Shown here in pieces: positions 48,050 to 60,691 of a stretch of DNA of 64,000 bases (position 1 is the stretch's first letter; each line of letters begins with the position of its first letter). This stretch comes from Eledone cirrhosa. Taxonomy: Eukaryota. Where the stretch lies: contig OZ024744.1 of assembly GCA_964016885.1 (NCBI GenBank), positions 90,458,001-90,522,000 of the forward strand, in the 5' to 3' direction. The notes beneath the pieces are model-generated. The model saw only the letters and a program-made list of their open reading frames with translations. It was not told the origin of the DNA and searched no databases. The position numbers were made by a program, and so were the translations under genes.

Positions 48050-48960
48050 ACTCAGAGAAATTAGATGTAGTATGTAGGAGAAGAGATTGCGTTGTTATGG
48101 ACATGTGATGCTATGAAGGACAGCAGCTGTATAAAAAGGGGAAGAGTGTTCATAGCTGATGATAGCCATGCAGTGGGCAGTCCTAGGAAGACTAGGGATG
48201 AGATAACAAAAAAAGCTGACTTTGCACAATTACACCTCGCTGAGGCAATGACACAGGACCATGATCTTTGGTGCTGTGCAGTATTACAGAAGACCTGTCT
48301 TCCCATAAGCTCGAGCTGAGGCCTACATTTAGTATGCAACACCTTTCCTACCATCACCCCTCCCATACACCTCCCTTACTGTAATCATCCGGCATCTGGA
48401 TGTTAAATGATGATGATGATGATCATCATCATCATTTAACATCCAGATGACGGATGATTACATGTTAAATGATGATGATCATCATCATCATCACCATTTT
48501 ATGTCCATTCTTCTATGCTAGCATGGGTTAGATGGGTTGTCCTGTCATGGGCAGTGTCCGGTTGGGTGACCTTGTCTTGCTCATACGAGAACTAATTTTG
48601 GCTTAATTTCTACAGCTGGATACCCTTCCTAACATCAACTTCATTTACAGTGAGTGCTGGGTGCTTGTTACAATTGCACCTACATGACCACTTTACAGTG
48701 TGGGCTGGGTGCTTTTTTGTCGTCATTCCTGCACGACCACTTTGCAGTGGGTGGGGGTGGGGGTGTATTGTCTGTATGCTTCAGCTTCGGCTTGTTCCTG
48801 TGGGAAGTCAGGGCTTCTGTATTACTGCATAACACCAGAGGTCACGGTCCTGTCTCATTGCCTTTGAGAGGTCCAATTGGGCAAGGTCAGCTTTTATCAC
48901 CTCATCCCAGGTCTTCTTGGGTCTCCCCACTCCAAATCTTCCATTGACTTTATATATGGG
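48050..48960. mobile_element. Two decayed RTE 3' ends tail-to-tail (+ 48050-48423; - 48478-48960) with a palindromic junction
   Basis: RRLRCYGHV and GRPKKTW motifs; gatgatc/atcatc junctions. Confidence 0.75.
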
Positions 48961-49149
48961 AAGCACAATACATAAGATTCCCATTAATTGCATATACAGG
49001 TCTAATACTAATCATGTCAGTGTGGCACATGGTAGTGGGGCAGTCAAAGTAACCCTTTGACTGTCGTTAAGCAATCACTCACCCTTTTTCCCTTCCAGGT
49101 ACAAAGAACTGCTACTCATAGAACAAACCACTGTCAAGTTACACATCTC

Positions 49150-52100
49150 ACGACTGCCACATTGTTTGCACCCTGAAAAGTAAGCTAGGTGAAATTGTGG
49201 AGCTGTTAGAGAGGAGAGAGGGGGGTATGTATGTGTACAAGAGGTGAGATGGAGGGTACTTCAGTGAGACTACTCACAAGCAAACAACATAAATACAAAC
49301 TTTACTGGGTAGGAAATGACAATCAGGTAGGTAGTGTAGGCATTCTATTAGCTGAAAAATGGATAGATAAGGTGATAGAGATACTTAGAGTAAGTGACAG
49401 AATTATCCAGTTTAGAATAGCTGTAGGAATTAGAATGGTGACAATTACATCTACCTATGCTCCACAAGTAGGACTGAGTAAAAAACAAAAGGATAGGTTT
49501 TATGAGGAACTTTTACAGACAACTTCAGTTACTAATGAAAGTGACCTCATCAGCCTAGCAGGTGATTTCAATGGACATGTGGTGCAGTACCAGGATGGAT
49601 TCTGTAGAGTTCATGGTAGCTATGGTTATGGATCAAGAAAGGAAGAGGGATTGAGGATTTGGGAATTCTGTGATACAAATGAACTAACCATTTGCAACAA
49701 AAAATATAAGAAACCAGCCAGCCAGCCCCCTGATTTCATATCAAGCAGGCAAACACAGAAGCCAGATTGATTTCTTACTTGTAAGACAATGAAATAGATG
49801 GACAGTAATAAATGCTAAGACCTTCCTTGAGGAAGAATGTGTTGCCCAATGCAAGTTAGATGTTAGTGACATCAGAATAAATACTAGATGGAACAAGATA
49901 TGCAGGAAAATATGGAGATGGGAGGTTCAGAAACTAAAGGACCTTTCTGCTAAATGTAAGTTTAGAAAGGCCCTACAGGATGTATATGATGAGAGGGGAG
50001 ATGAGTTAGATACATATGACATAGAAGACAATTGGAAATTGTGACAACCTCTTATGAACTAGTGATGAGATTTCTGGCTGGAGTAAAGTACCAGTCAGAC
50101 AGAGGGTACTCAGATGAAATAGCACATGAAAGCCAAGAGACAGGTGTGGAAAGGTTGGAAAAATGGAATATCAGAGACTGGTACCAGGTAGCAAAGGAGA
50201 AGCTAGATAACAGGTATACATAGCTTAGAAAGGGGCTGAAGAAAGGAAGTTTGCCAATGTCTTGCAATGTGAGGATCAGAGTCGTGAAGTGTTCTGCATT
50301 GCAAGGCAGTGTGTCAGGGCGAATCAGGATGTTGTTAGGGAAAAGTGTATTAGAAATAACACTGGTGCACTTAGCTCCACTGATGCTCAAAGAAAGAGGC
50401 CTGGAAATGTTACCATAAAAGGTTGATGAATGTAGAGAATAAATGGGAGGAAGAGAAACTACCCACAACTTACCCAACAGAGGGACCAACTATTGAAATT
50501 GACATATAAGGCGAAAGAAGCAATCAAGGAGATGAAGAATGGTAAAGCCATAGGACTGTCAGAGATAGTTGTTTACATTTTAAAAACATAGAGAGAAGTA
50601 GGAGCTGAACTAGTAACCCACAGAGTCAATCAAGTATTACAGGATGGAGTCATGCTTGATGACTGACGCAGCAGTACAATCATAAATTGCTACTAGGTTA
50701 AAGGTGATGCTCTAGAAGTGAGCAACAACAGAGGAATAGAACTAATGGAGTAAGTTATGAAAGTGGCGGAAAGAGTTATAGTACAGTTAATTAGGGAAAG
50801 AGTTATAGTACAGTTAATTAGGGAAAGAGTTATAGTACAGCTAAGTAGGGACAGAGTCAAATTAGATGAGAGGCAGTTCGGTTTTATGCCTGGCAAAGGC
50901 GCAACAGATGCCCTCTTCTTAGTGAGACAACTACAAAAGAAGTTCCTAGCCAAGAATAAACAGCTATATTTAGCTTATGTTGATTTAGAAAAGATTTTTG
51001 GCAGAGTACTTCATTCTGTTATATGGTAGTCTTTACAGAAATTAGGTGTAGAAGAATGGCTTGTGAGAGCAGTGCAAGAAATGTACCGAGGGATTGTTGG
51101 TAAAGAGAGAGTAGGAAGTGTGTTTAGTGAGGAATTCAAGGTACATGTAGGTGTTCATCAGGGTTCAGTTCTCAGCCCCCACTCATAGTTCTCCAGGCCT
51201 TGACAAAGGAGTTTATATATGACTGTCAATGGGAACTTTACTATGCAGATGATCTGGTCAATATAACTGAATCCATAAAAGAACTAGAAAATAAGTTCTG
51301 ACTATAGAAATAGAATTTGGAATCAAAAGGTCTGAGAGTAAAGTTAGACAAAACTAAAGTGTTAGTGAGTAGAAAGGAAAATAGGACCCTGATTCCTTCA
51401 GGCAAGTGGCCCTGCTCAATATGTAGGAAAGGTGTAGGCATAAACTCTATATGATGTACACAATGTAAATCTGGGGTAGTGGGACAACAAGTAGACTAAC
51501 AGGAAGGGAAGAAGATGCACAATGGTAATCAACAGAACAAGTGTCAGCGATATAAATCTTTCCCAATCATATGAAGGATCCATAGAAGGGGTTGATAGTT
51601 TCTGCTATCTAGGTGGCCTAATTAGCAACAAAGGAGGGTGCTCTGAGAGAGCATAATAACAAGAATAAGGATAAGAGGGAAGAAGTTAAGAGAGCTACTC
51701 CCATGGTTGACCACAAAAGGTTTCTCCCTATATACAAATGGATGGTTGTATAATCCCTGAGTGTAAAGTGCGATGATACATGAGCAGTGACTGCAGATGA
51801 CATGCATAGATTGGAGAGAAATGAAGCAACCATGCATTGTTGGATGTGCAATGCAAATGTGAGAGACAAGCTGAGCTTGAATGAACTTAGGGGGAAACTG
51901 GGTTTAAGAGGAATCCGAATTAGTTTGCAAGAGAGAAGACTGTGTTGGTATGGATATGTGACGCACATGGATGATAATCACTGAGTGAAGAAATGCCAGG
52001 AAATCCCAGAGGAAGAATGGTGTAGTAGAGGTAGACCAAAGAAGACCTTGGCAGAGGTGGTGAGATCTGATCTTAAATTGCTGAGACTTACAGAAGAAAT

Positions 52101-52177
52101 GACGAAGAAACATGGCGAGTAGAGAGCATGGAAAAATGGCCATAAAAACAATGATGATGATGATAATGATGAGGATG
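49150..52177 (+). mobile_element. Near full-length but decayed RTE LINE (APE, RT, PHD) with many stops and frameshifts
   Basis: YAPQVG, AGDFNGHV, QFGFMPG, YVDLEK, GVHQGS, YADDL and RRLCWYG; a 27-bp triplication (ERVIVQL) at ~50769-50845. Confidence 0.9.
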
Positions 52178-52302
52178 ATATATATATATATACTTATTTG
52201 CATAGCGAACGTTTCCACGAACCAAAGTACCGTCTTCCTGTCTTCCTCCGGTTGCAACGTTTTTTGAAATATCCACTTCTGCGTTTACAGATTGACTTTG
52301 TT

Positions 52303-52353
52303 AGTTTCAGAAGATCCCGTTAAGGGTGAAAGCAGCGATTCTTTGCTTAAACT
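52303..52353 (+). ncRNA. Variant-core hammerhead-like motif (CAGAAGA) within the element at 52200-52377
   Basis: agttt-CAGAAGA-t.ccc.gttaa.ggg.t-GAAA-gcag.cgattct.ttgc-TT-aaact; all three stems pair. Confidence 0.6.
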
Positions 52354-52369
52354 TTAATCTGTTATTTTA

Positions 52370-52405
<36 letters not shown>

Positions 52406-52409
52406 GTAA

Positions 52410-52900
52410 AAGGTAAACAGAAATAACAATACAATCGGTAGAGTATATGGAAGGAATATATTAGGTTAATGCTTGAAATAGCAGGAAGAGGGTCTCAACG
52501 TTTCCGACGCTAGTCCTTCATCAGAAATAAAATGGTAGTAATACATACAAAGCCCAATATCCAGAGAAAAAGAGTGTGTGAGTTTACTCAGCCATACATA
52601 TATATTCTGCTCAGATCTAGTGATCCTCGTAGCCCACAAAGGGGTGAGGAACTCAATATTGATAATAGTATATATAATTATAATTTTATTCATTCAGTTT
52701 CTTACAATATTACTATGATGTTTCACCCGAGTGAGTTAGTTCGTTTTTTCCTCTTCTTACTCTTGTCTACCTTTCCATTTCTTCTTTTAGCTTTTATTCT
52801 ATCTCCTGATGAAGGACTAACATCTGAAGCATTAAGATTTTTTGGTCCTACTCTATGAAACATTAAAATAATATATCTTCATTTTACTGTATCGTTCCCC
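52410..52900. mobile_element. Old diverged head-to-head pair of hammerhead elements (HHR on - at ~52493-52527 and on + at ~52802-52838)
   Basis: CTGATGAaggactagcgtcgGAAAcgTTgaga on minus versus tctcCTGATGAaggactaacatctGAAGcattaaga on plus; the downstream tails are also homologous. Confidence 0.6.
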
Positions 52901-53032
52901 TGTGATGTTTACTCTTCACATATATGCATATATATAAATATAATCGTTTTATGTCCATTTTTCCATGCTTATATGTGTTTGCTCTACGGGTTTACATATA
53001 CTTATTCAGATGAGAGTTCTTAAAACATTTAA

Positions 53033-53237
53033 CCCTTTAGCATTTAAACTGGCCATCTGGCCTGAATTCTCTAACCTCTTTCTGTTCAAACCAACCATAA
53101 CCAACTGTTTATACTTCTATTAAAGTATTGTTCTCAAAATAAATAATATCAAAATCTCATAGATCTAGTATTATGTGAGATAAGCCGTTACCACAAAAAT
53201 ACAATAGTAAATATAGAGTAATGTAAATGCTAAAGGG
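53033..53237. mobile_element. piggyBac-like MITE
   Basis: TTAA-CCCTTTAGCATTTA ... TAAATGCTAAAGGG-TAA terminal inverted repeats. Confidence 0.75.
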
Positions 53238-53715
53238 TAATGCTTTACAGTTGTTTCAATGCATCACTCAAGAAGATACAATGCTAGGAAAATATTTAAA
53301 AAATAATAAACTGAAGGAAAAAATATATATATAAACCCATGCAAGCGTGGAACAGGGACGTTAAACGATATATATATATATATTGAACCTAGCAGTATGT
53401 CATCAGAAATCAGAAACATAAAATAGAACCAAAGTCAACAAAAGACAAGTACAGAAAATTAAATATAATGCTAGTTCCACAATATAATGCATCTAGTGCA
53501 TTCTATTAAGTGATAGTGATGATGCCTTAATAAAATAAACCTAGTACACCCTGTAAGATGTTTGGTGTTAGTGAAGGCATCCAGCCACAGAAATCATACC
53601 AAATATGGAACATGCGAATAAAATGGGGCTTCTCTGACCTGTATAGTCATAGAGCATAACAACCTGTCCAGACTATAACAGCATAGAAAATGGGTGGGTG
53701 GGGTGGGGGGGGGTC

Positions 53716-53802
53716 TGATGATGATGATGGTGATGATGATGATGGTGATGGTGATGATGATGATGATGATGGTGATGACGATGATGATGGTGATGGTGAT
53801 GG

Positions 53803-53843
<41 letters not shown>

Positions 53844-53927
53844 GTGATGCTGGTGATGACGATGATGATGGTGATGGTGATGATGGTGATGATGGTGATG
53901 ATGGTGGCGGTGATGGTGATGATGATG

Positions 53928-53959
<32 letters not shown>

Positions 53960-53967
53960 GATGGTGG

Positions 53968-54016
<49 letters not shown>

Positions 54017-54094
54017 GACGGTGACAATGATGATGGTGATGATGGTGGTGATGATTATGATGATGGTGATGATGATGATGATGATGATGGTGAC

Positions 54095-54125
<31 letters not shown>

Positions 54126-54335
54126 GTGACGATGATGATGGCGATGATGATGATGATGATGGTGGTGACGATGATGATGGTGATGATGATGATGATGACG
54201 ATGATGATGATGATGATGATGACGATGATGATGATGATGATTATGATGGTGGTGGTGATGATGATGATGGTGGTGATGATGATGATGATGGTGATGGTGA
54301 TGATGACGATGATGGAAATGATAATGATTATGATG
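53716..54335. repeat. ~620-bp (GAT/GGT)n microsatellite, probably an expanded RTE tail
   Basis: Follows an RTE tail remnant at 53545-53690 (ggtgttagtgaaggcatccagc). Confidence 0.9.
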
Positions 54336-55051
54336 TTGTAAACTTTCACCTTAAAAGACAGGAAGAGAAACCAGTGCTGTGAAGATTGTCTTCTCAAGAA
54401 AACCTATACCCCCCCCCCCCCCCCCATGTTTTGTATATCAGTGGAGTTCCACTGAAGCAAGTGAAGACTTTCAAGTGTCTCCGGGTAGTTTTTCACAGGT
54501 GATGGAAGGCAGAAGGCTGAACTGAATGCAAGTAGGAGGAGTTTGTGCATTAAAGTGATAGCTTCAGCACCCCTGGTAATCAGAAGGTAGATAAGTGTAA
54601 AAGCCAATCTTGCTATCTTCAATTTGATGTTAATGCCAGCTCTTGGATAATGACAGAAAGAATATAATCACAAATGAATGCAACCTAAATGGGGTTCCTC
54701 TGAAGAATCACTGGAGTAATTTTACTTAATAGGGTGTGTGTTGTATAGCTCAGTGATCAGAGAGTTGCTCTAGGTAGAGCTACTACTTCTCCAAATCTTT
54801 GAAATATTACAAATCTGGTACTATGCACTTACTGTTAGAATGTCTCAGGAAAGAATCACAGGGTCATATTTTACAGGCAAAAACCAACTGGCACGGGTAA
54901 CATCCATGATCTTAGCTGGTTTCACTTGGGGGTCCAGCTTGATCAATTGGAGATAGTTGCTTCTGACAGTATGCACTGGAAGGCATGTGAGGACTCTTAC
55001 TCCATGACACTTCCAGGGATCAATTAGAGGAGGAGGAGAAGGAGGGGGGGG

Positions 55052-55134
55052 GAAGAAGAAGAAGAAGAAGAAGAAGAAGAAGAAGAAGAAGAAGAAGAAG
55101 AAGAAGAAGAAGAAGAAGAAGAAGAAGAAGAAGA
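55052..55134. repeat. (GAA)n microsatellite
   Basis: Direct inspection. Confidence 0.95.
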
Positions 55135-55539
55135 TTTACAAAATTATCTTTCTTTTGTTTGTTTATTTTATCTTATCAACATTCACTGAATGTCTAAGAA
55201 AGGAAATATATAACTTAGCGCAGTCTGCATATGATTTTAATGAGGCCGATCAGATAACTGATGTCATATAGTTGCTATGAATTATCATCCTCCGTCATCC
55301 TCATCATCACCACCACCGCCATCATCGTCGTCATCATCCTCCTCATCATCATCATCATCGTCACCACCACCGTCATCATCGTCCTCATCATCATCAACAT
55401 CATTTTTCAATGCTAGCATGGGTTAGACGACTTGTCCTGTTGTGAGACAAGCCAGATCAGATGACTGTGTGTTGCTCATACAGAACTCTTTCTGGTTTTG
55501 TTTCAACAGCTGGATGCCCTTCCTAATGTCAACCACATT

Positions 55540-56980
55540 TTATAGTGACTACTAGGTGCTTTTTGTTGTGTCACCTACACAACCACTTTACAGTGTAGAC
55601 TGGACGCTTTTTGTCATGTCATCTACACGCGGCTACTTTACAGTGTAGACTGGCCACTTTTTGTTGTGTCACCTACACAACCACTTTACAGTGTGGACTG
55701 GCCGCTTTTTGTCATGTCATCTACACGCAGCTACTTTACAGTGTAGACTGGACGCTTTTTGTCATGTCATCTACACGCAGCTACTTTACAGTGTAGACTG
55801 GCCACTGTTTGTCATGTCATCTACACGCAGCTACTTTACAGTGTAGACTGGACGCTTTTTGTTGTGTCACCTACACAACCACTTTATAGTGTAGACTGGC
55901 CGCTTTTTGTTGTGTCACCTACACAACCACTTTACAGTGTGGACTGGGTGCTTTTTGTGTGGCACCAACATGATCACTTTACAGTGTAGACTGGACGCTT
56001 TTTGTTGTGTCATCTATACGCAGCTACTTTACAGTGTAGACTGGCCGCTTCTTGTCATGTCATCTACACGCAGCTACTTTACAGTGTAGACTGGCCGCTT
56101 CTTGTCATGTCATCTATACGCAGCTACTTTACAGTGTAGACTGGCCACTTCTTGTCATGTCATCTACACGCAGCTACTTTACAGTGTGGACTGGGTGCTT
56201 TTTGTCGTGACACCTAAACGACCACTTTACAGTGTCGACTGGCCGCCTTTTGTTGTGCCATCTACACGCAGCTACTTTACAGTGTAGACTGGCCGCCTTT
56301 TGTCATGTCACCTACACGCAGCTACTTTACAGTGTGGACTGGGTGCTTTTTGTCATGTCACCTACACGCGGCTACTTTACAGTGTGGACTGGGTGCTTTT
56401 TGTCATGTCACCTACACGCGGCTACTTTACAGTGTGGACTGGCCGCTTCTTGTCATGTCATCTACACGCGGCTACTTTACAGTGTGGACTGGGTGCTTTT
56501 TGTCGTGACACCTAAACGACCACTTTACAGTGTCGACTGGCCGCCTTTTGTTGTGCCATCTACACGCAGCTACTTTACAGTGTAGACTGGCCGCCTTTTG
56601 TCATGTCACCTACACGCAGCTACTTTACAGTGTAGACTGGCCGCTTTTTGTCATGTCATCTACACGCAGCTACTTTACAGTGTAGACTGGCCGCTTTTTG
56701 TCATGCCATCTATACGCAGCTACTTTACAGTGTAGACTGGCCGCTTTTTTTCAAAACACCTATACACCCTTTGCAGTGTAGACTGGGTGCTTTTTGTTAT
56801 GACACCTACATGACCGCTTTACAGTGTAAACGGGATGTTTTTTGTTGTGACATTCATACAACCACTTTTCAGTGTGGACTGGGCACTTTTTGTCATGAGA
56901 CCTACACAACCTCTTTACAGTGTGGACTGGGCGCTTTTTGTCATGGTACCAAAACAACGACTTTACTGTGTGGACTGGGA
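55540..56980 (-). repeat. 48-50-bp minisatellite (~29 units) expanded inside an RTE 3' UTR (tail at ~55285-55540)
   Basis: Unit tttacagtgt(a/g)gactgg..ctttttgtcatgtcatctacacgcagctac; the same unit is present 2-3 times in other RTE tails. Confidence 0.9.
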
Positions 56981-58029
56981 GAAAGACTTCAAAGGTTTGA
57001 AGAGGAATTGCCAAGTTTATTACATAAATAATATTTGACTTATTCTATTTTTGGCATGTTAAAATCATATGTTAGAATAATTTGTATGATTTTTTTTTCT
57101 GTTTTTATTTTTTGTGTCTAACAGAATCAAATACTTTTGCTACATCAATGTTGAGAATGTCGATAGCATTATTATCATATATATTTTTTGTCTAAGCGTC
57201 TAGACATGAGAAAAGGTGAGTAATTGTTGAGTGATTTGATAGAAAGCTATGTTGACTAATTAACAAATGTGTATTTTTAGTTAAATGACTTAAAACATTT
57301 TTTTTTTCTTTGCTTTCTTATAACAGATTCAAATGGTTTACTATATGCCTTAAATAAATTAATTGTCTGTAATATTTTTGTTTACATCAGATGTTAAGGT
57401 CTTTTTTTCCCTACATCTACCTTTGGCAATTATCCAAATTGATGGAATTGCATGAGATGTAAAAGAAAAAGAAGGAATTTAGGTTAAAGGTTCAGTTAAC
57501 TTTTTTTTTCATGTTCTTTTTATGTCTAGGGTATACATTGGCAACTTTCCAGATTCATGGAAATGAAAAAGATGCAAAGGGAGAAGGATACATATATATA
57601 AATATATATATATATATACGTATATATATATATGTATTTATATATACGTATGTGTTTATATATATATGTATTTATATATACGTATGTGTATATATATATT
57701 ATATATAAATATACGTATGTATATATATATATATATATATAGGTTAAAGGTTCAGTTACACTGAATATAAATATGTTTCATAAAATTTTATGGAATACTA
57801 TCTGAACCAAAAGTGGATTTAGAAGTAAGGAAACTCTAAATGTCTATACACCATTTGAAGTTCAAACAGGGATAAATTTGATCTTATGCGTTAGGTTTTT
57901 GTATTTAATGCATTCCATTACTATAAATCTAATGGAAACTTCAATGCTTATAATTTTGAAATCATTTGGAAAATAATCAAAAATTTGGAGGGATTTGATA
58001 ATATAGCTAATAGCTAATTATTTTCATTA

Positions 58030-58260
58030 TTCAAGCTTTGCCATTCTTCTACACCTAATTTTCTTAAGGATCACCTGATGACAGATCGTGACATTCTGTC
58101 AAAGGCCTTCTCTGGATCAACAGAAGCTAAATACAGAGGTTTACTCTTAGTTAAGAACTTCTCGTAGTTGTCTTACTAAAAAGAGGGCTTCTGTGGTACC
58201 TCTCCCTGACACAAAACCAAACAGGATCTCATCTAATTTGACTTTTTCCCAAATTAGTAA
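58030..58260 (-). mobile_element. Decayed RTE RT fragment
   Basis: Reverse strand reads GFVS..GTTEALF...LASVDPEKAFDRM. Confidence 0.7.
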
Positions 58261-58966
58261 GATTTTGTTGGTTAAGGTCCTTATATGTATGTAACATGTG
58301 GGGCAGTAAATAGACCAAGTCGGCAAAGCATGGTGTCAGACACTATACTTTGCAGCACAGAGTTATGGCCCTTTATGGTCTAAGTTTAAATCGTGCTGAG
58401 GTTAACTTTGCCTTTCATCCTTACAATAAATAAAGTACCAGTGATGCACTGGGGTAATTACTGGCCTTGTGCCAAAAGTAGAAACATATACACCAGAACT
58501 GAACACAAAAGAACCAAACCCTCACTGTCACTGCCTCCTTCTCTTCTGCTCTCCCCATCCTCCTCCGGGGAAATGCCTTCTCTATTCTGTCCTCCTGTTC
58601 TGCGGGACAGCCATTACACGGGTCCCTAATTAGTTGTACTAGAACTCTTACTGTTACTTTCATAATTTATTTCTGCCAGGATAAAAAATCATTCATGCTC
58701 TATGTCCGTCTAAAATTGCATCTTATTAACTATCCTCACCATTACTGAACACCCCATCCTACTCTCACCCACCTCACTTTATCCAGGATCACTCCCCAAC
58801 ATCCTGTATAAATCTTAACACACCAGTCATAACTCCTTAGTAGCTGTTCATATCATCACACTACCCACCACACTTCATTTTGTCAAACTTCACCACACTT
58901 GTCATACTCACATCAAACATTTTCTCACCTTTTCTGTCTACCATATAATCATGCCTGCCATACACC

Positions 58967-59582
58967 CAGAGGCATAACTAGGGAAAATAGCACCTATGGC
59001 AAGCATCCTGCCCAGCACTGTATTTTTACCTATGGGCCTATTCAGAAGGAAAACTAGGGAAAATAGCACCTATGGCAAGCATCCTGCCCAGCACTGTATT
59101 TTTACCTATGGGCCTATTCAGAGGGAAAACTATGGAAAATAGCACCTTTGGCAAGCATCCTGCCCAGCACTGTATTTTTACCTATGGGTCTATTCAGAAG
59201 GAAAACTAGGGAAAATAGCACCTATGGCAAGCATCCTGCCCAGCACTGTATTTTTACCTATGAGCCTATTCAGAAGGAAAACTAGGGAAAATAGCACCTA
59301 TGGCAAGCATCCTGCCCAGCACTGTATTTTTACCTATGGGCCTATGCAGAGGGAAAACTATGGAAAATAGCACCTTTGGCAAGCATCCTGCCCAGCACTG
59401 TATTTTTACCTATGGGCCTATTCAGAGGCATAACTATGGAAAATAGCACCTTTGGCAAGCATCCTGCCCAGCACTGTATTTTTACCTATGGGCCTATTCA
59501 GAGGGAAAACTAGGGAAATACACCTATGGCAAGCAGTAAAATTGTGTCCCTGCCCAGCAGTGTATTTTTACCAATGTGCCTA
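58967..59582. repeat. 76-bp minisatellite, ~8 copies
   Basis: ggaaaatagcacct.tggcaagcatcctgcccagcactgtatttttacctatggg at a 76-bp period (58981, 59057, 59133...). Confidence 0.92.
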
Positions 59583-60450
59583 ATAATTTATATAAATGGT
59601 TTAATGATCCTGCCACCAGAGTGTTTCTCACCCATGATAATCAGAGACAGATCATACATCTGAAGGAGTTTCTTTTTTCACTCACCAACGAGACTTATTT
59701 TACTTTAATACAACGTGCTCCTAGTCCATGTGATATCCCCTTCATGTGACACCTATGACATGTGCCATGCTTGCCTTATCCTAGTTACACCTCTGCATAC
59801 ACCCATAACGTATCTACCATCCTTCTTACCTGGCATATTCTTAAACATGATCCCTTTTGCCTAATGAAAGTTCCAGTACATTTCTGTAGCTGAAAACCTG
59901 AAAACCAAATAATGTATTTCCTTATTTTATCAATTCCCCCCCCCCCCAAAAAAAAAGTCTAACCACTTGTGGAAAACAGGTAAAAGAAACCAATATGCAC
60001 ACACAAACACAACTGACACACACACATACACACACACACACACGCAAACACACACACACATGCAAAAACAAATCCCATGTCATAGAATGAAACCTGAAAC
60101 GATGTGGTAGTGAGGGTCAGGCGAACTTCTTAACCAACCACACAAGCATGTCTGCACATGTGTGTATATATATATATATGTATATATATAATAATAATAA
60201 TTGTTTCTACTTTTGGCACAAGGCCATCAATTACCCAGTACATTACTGGTACTTCATTTTATCGACCCCGTAAGAATGAAAGGCAAAGTTAACCTCGGCG
60301 GAATTTGAACTCAGTCCGTAAATACTATTTATAGTTATGTATACACTATATACAACTATAAACAGGAAAGGTCAGTAATCCATTACTACCTTATTACCAG
60401 TAAGAAAAATAGCTCAATGTAAATACATGAGATGTTTTACAGAGCAGGAA

Positions 60451-60675
60451 TATAAATTACACAATAATCAAAGCTATATTCAAAACATTTTATTGCTGAC
60501 AATCGTTTCTTCCAAACTTTCGTTTGGAATCATCGGAGCACTAGCAAAGTTTAGACATATAATTAACCTCCTATTCAACTGAACAATCACATAGATTCCA
60601 AACGAAAGTTTGGAAGAAACGATTGTCAGCAATAAAAGGATTTGAACATAGCTTTGATTATTGTGTAATTTATAT
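60451..60675. mobile_element. Fold-back element (~80-bp arms, ~60-bp spacer) built from a hammerhead
   Basis: 60451-60531 is the near-perfect reverse complement of 60594-60674. Confidence 0.8.
60494..60540 (-). ncRNA. Type I hammerhead with a U4C core variant
   Basis: tgct-CCGATGA-ttccaaac.gaaa.gtttggaa-GAAA-cgattg-TC-agca: perfect 8-bp stem II with GAAA loop, GUC cleavage. Confidence 0.75.
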
Positions 60676-60691
60676 GTATATATATATATAT

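Noticed and set aside
53594-54397. Poly-Asp/Met/Ile/Ser ORFs
   Set aside because: They come from a (GAT)n microsatellite, not coding sequence.
55540-56980. CRISPR-like regular repeat array
   Set aside because: The 'spacers' are homologous to each other, the context is eukaryotic, there are no cas genes, and the unit derives from the RTE 3' UTR.
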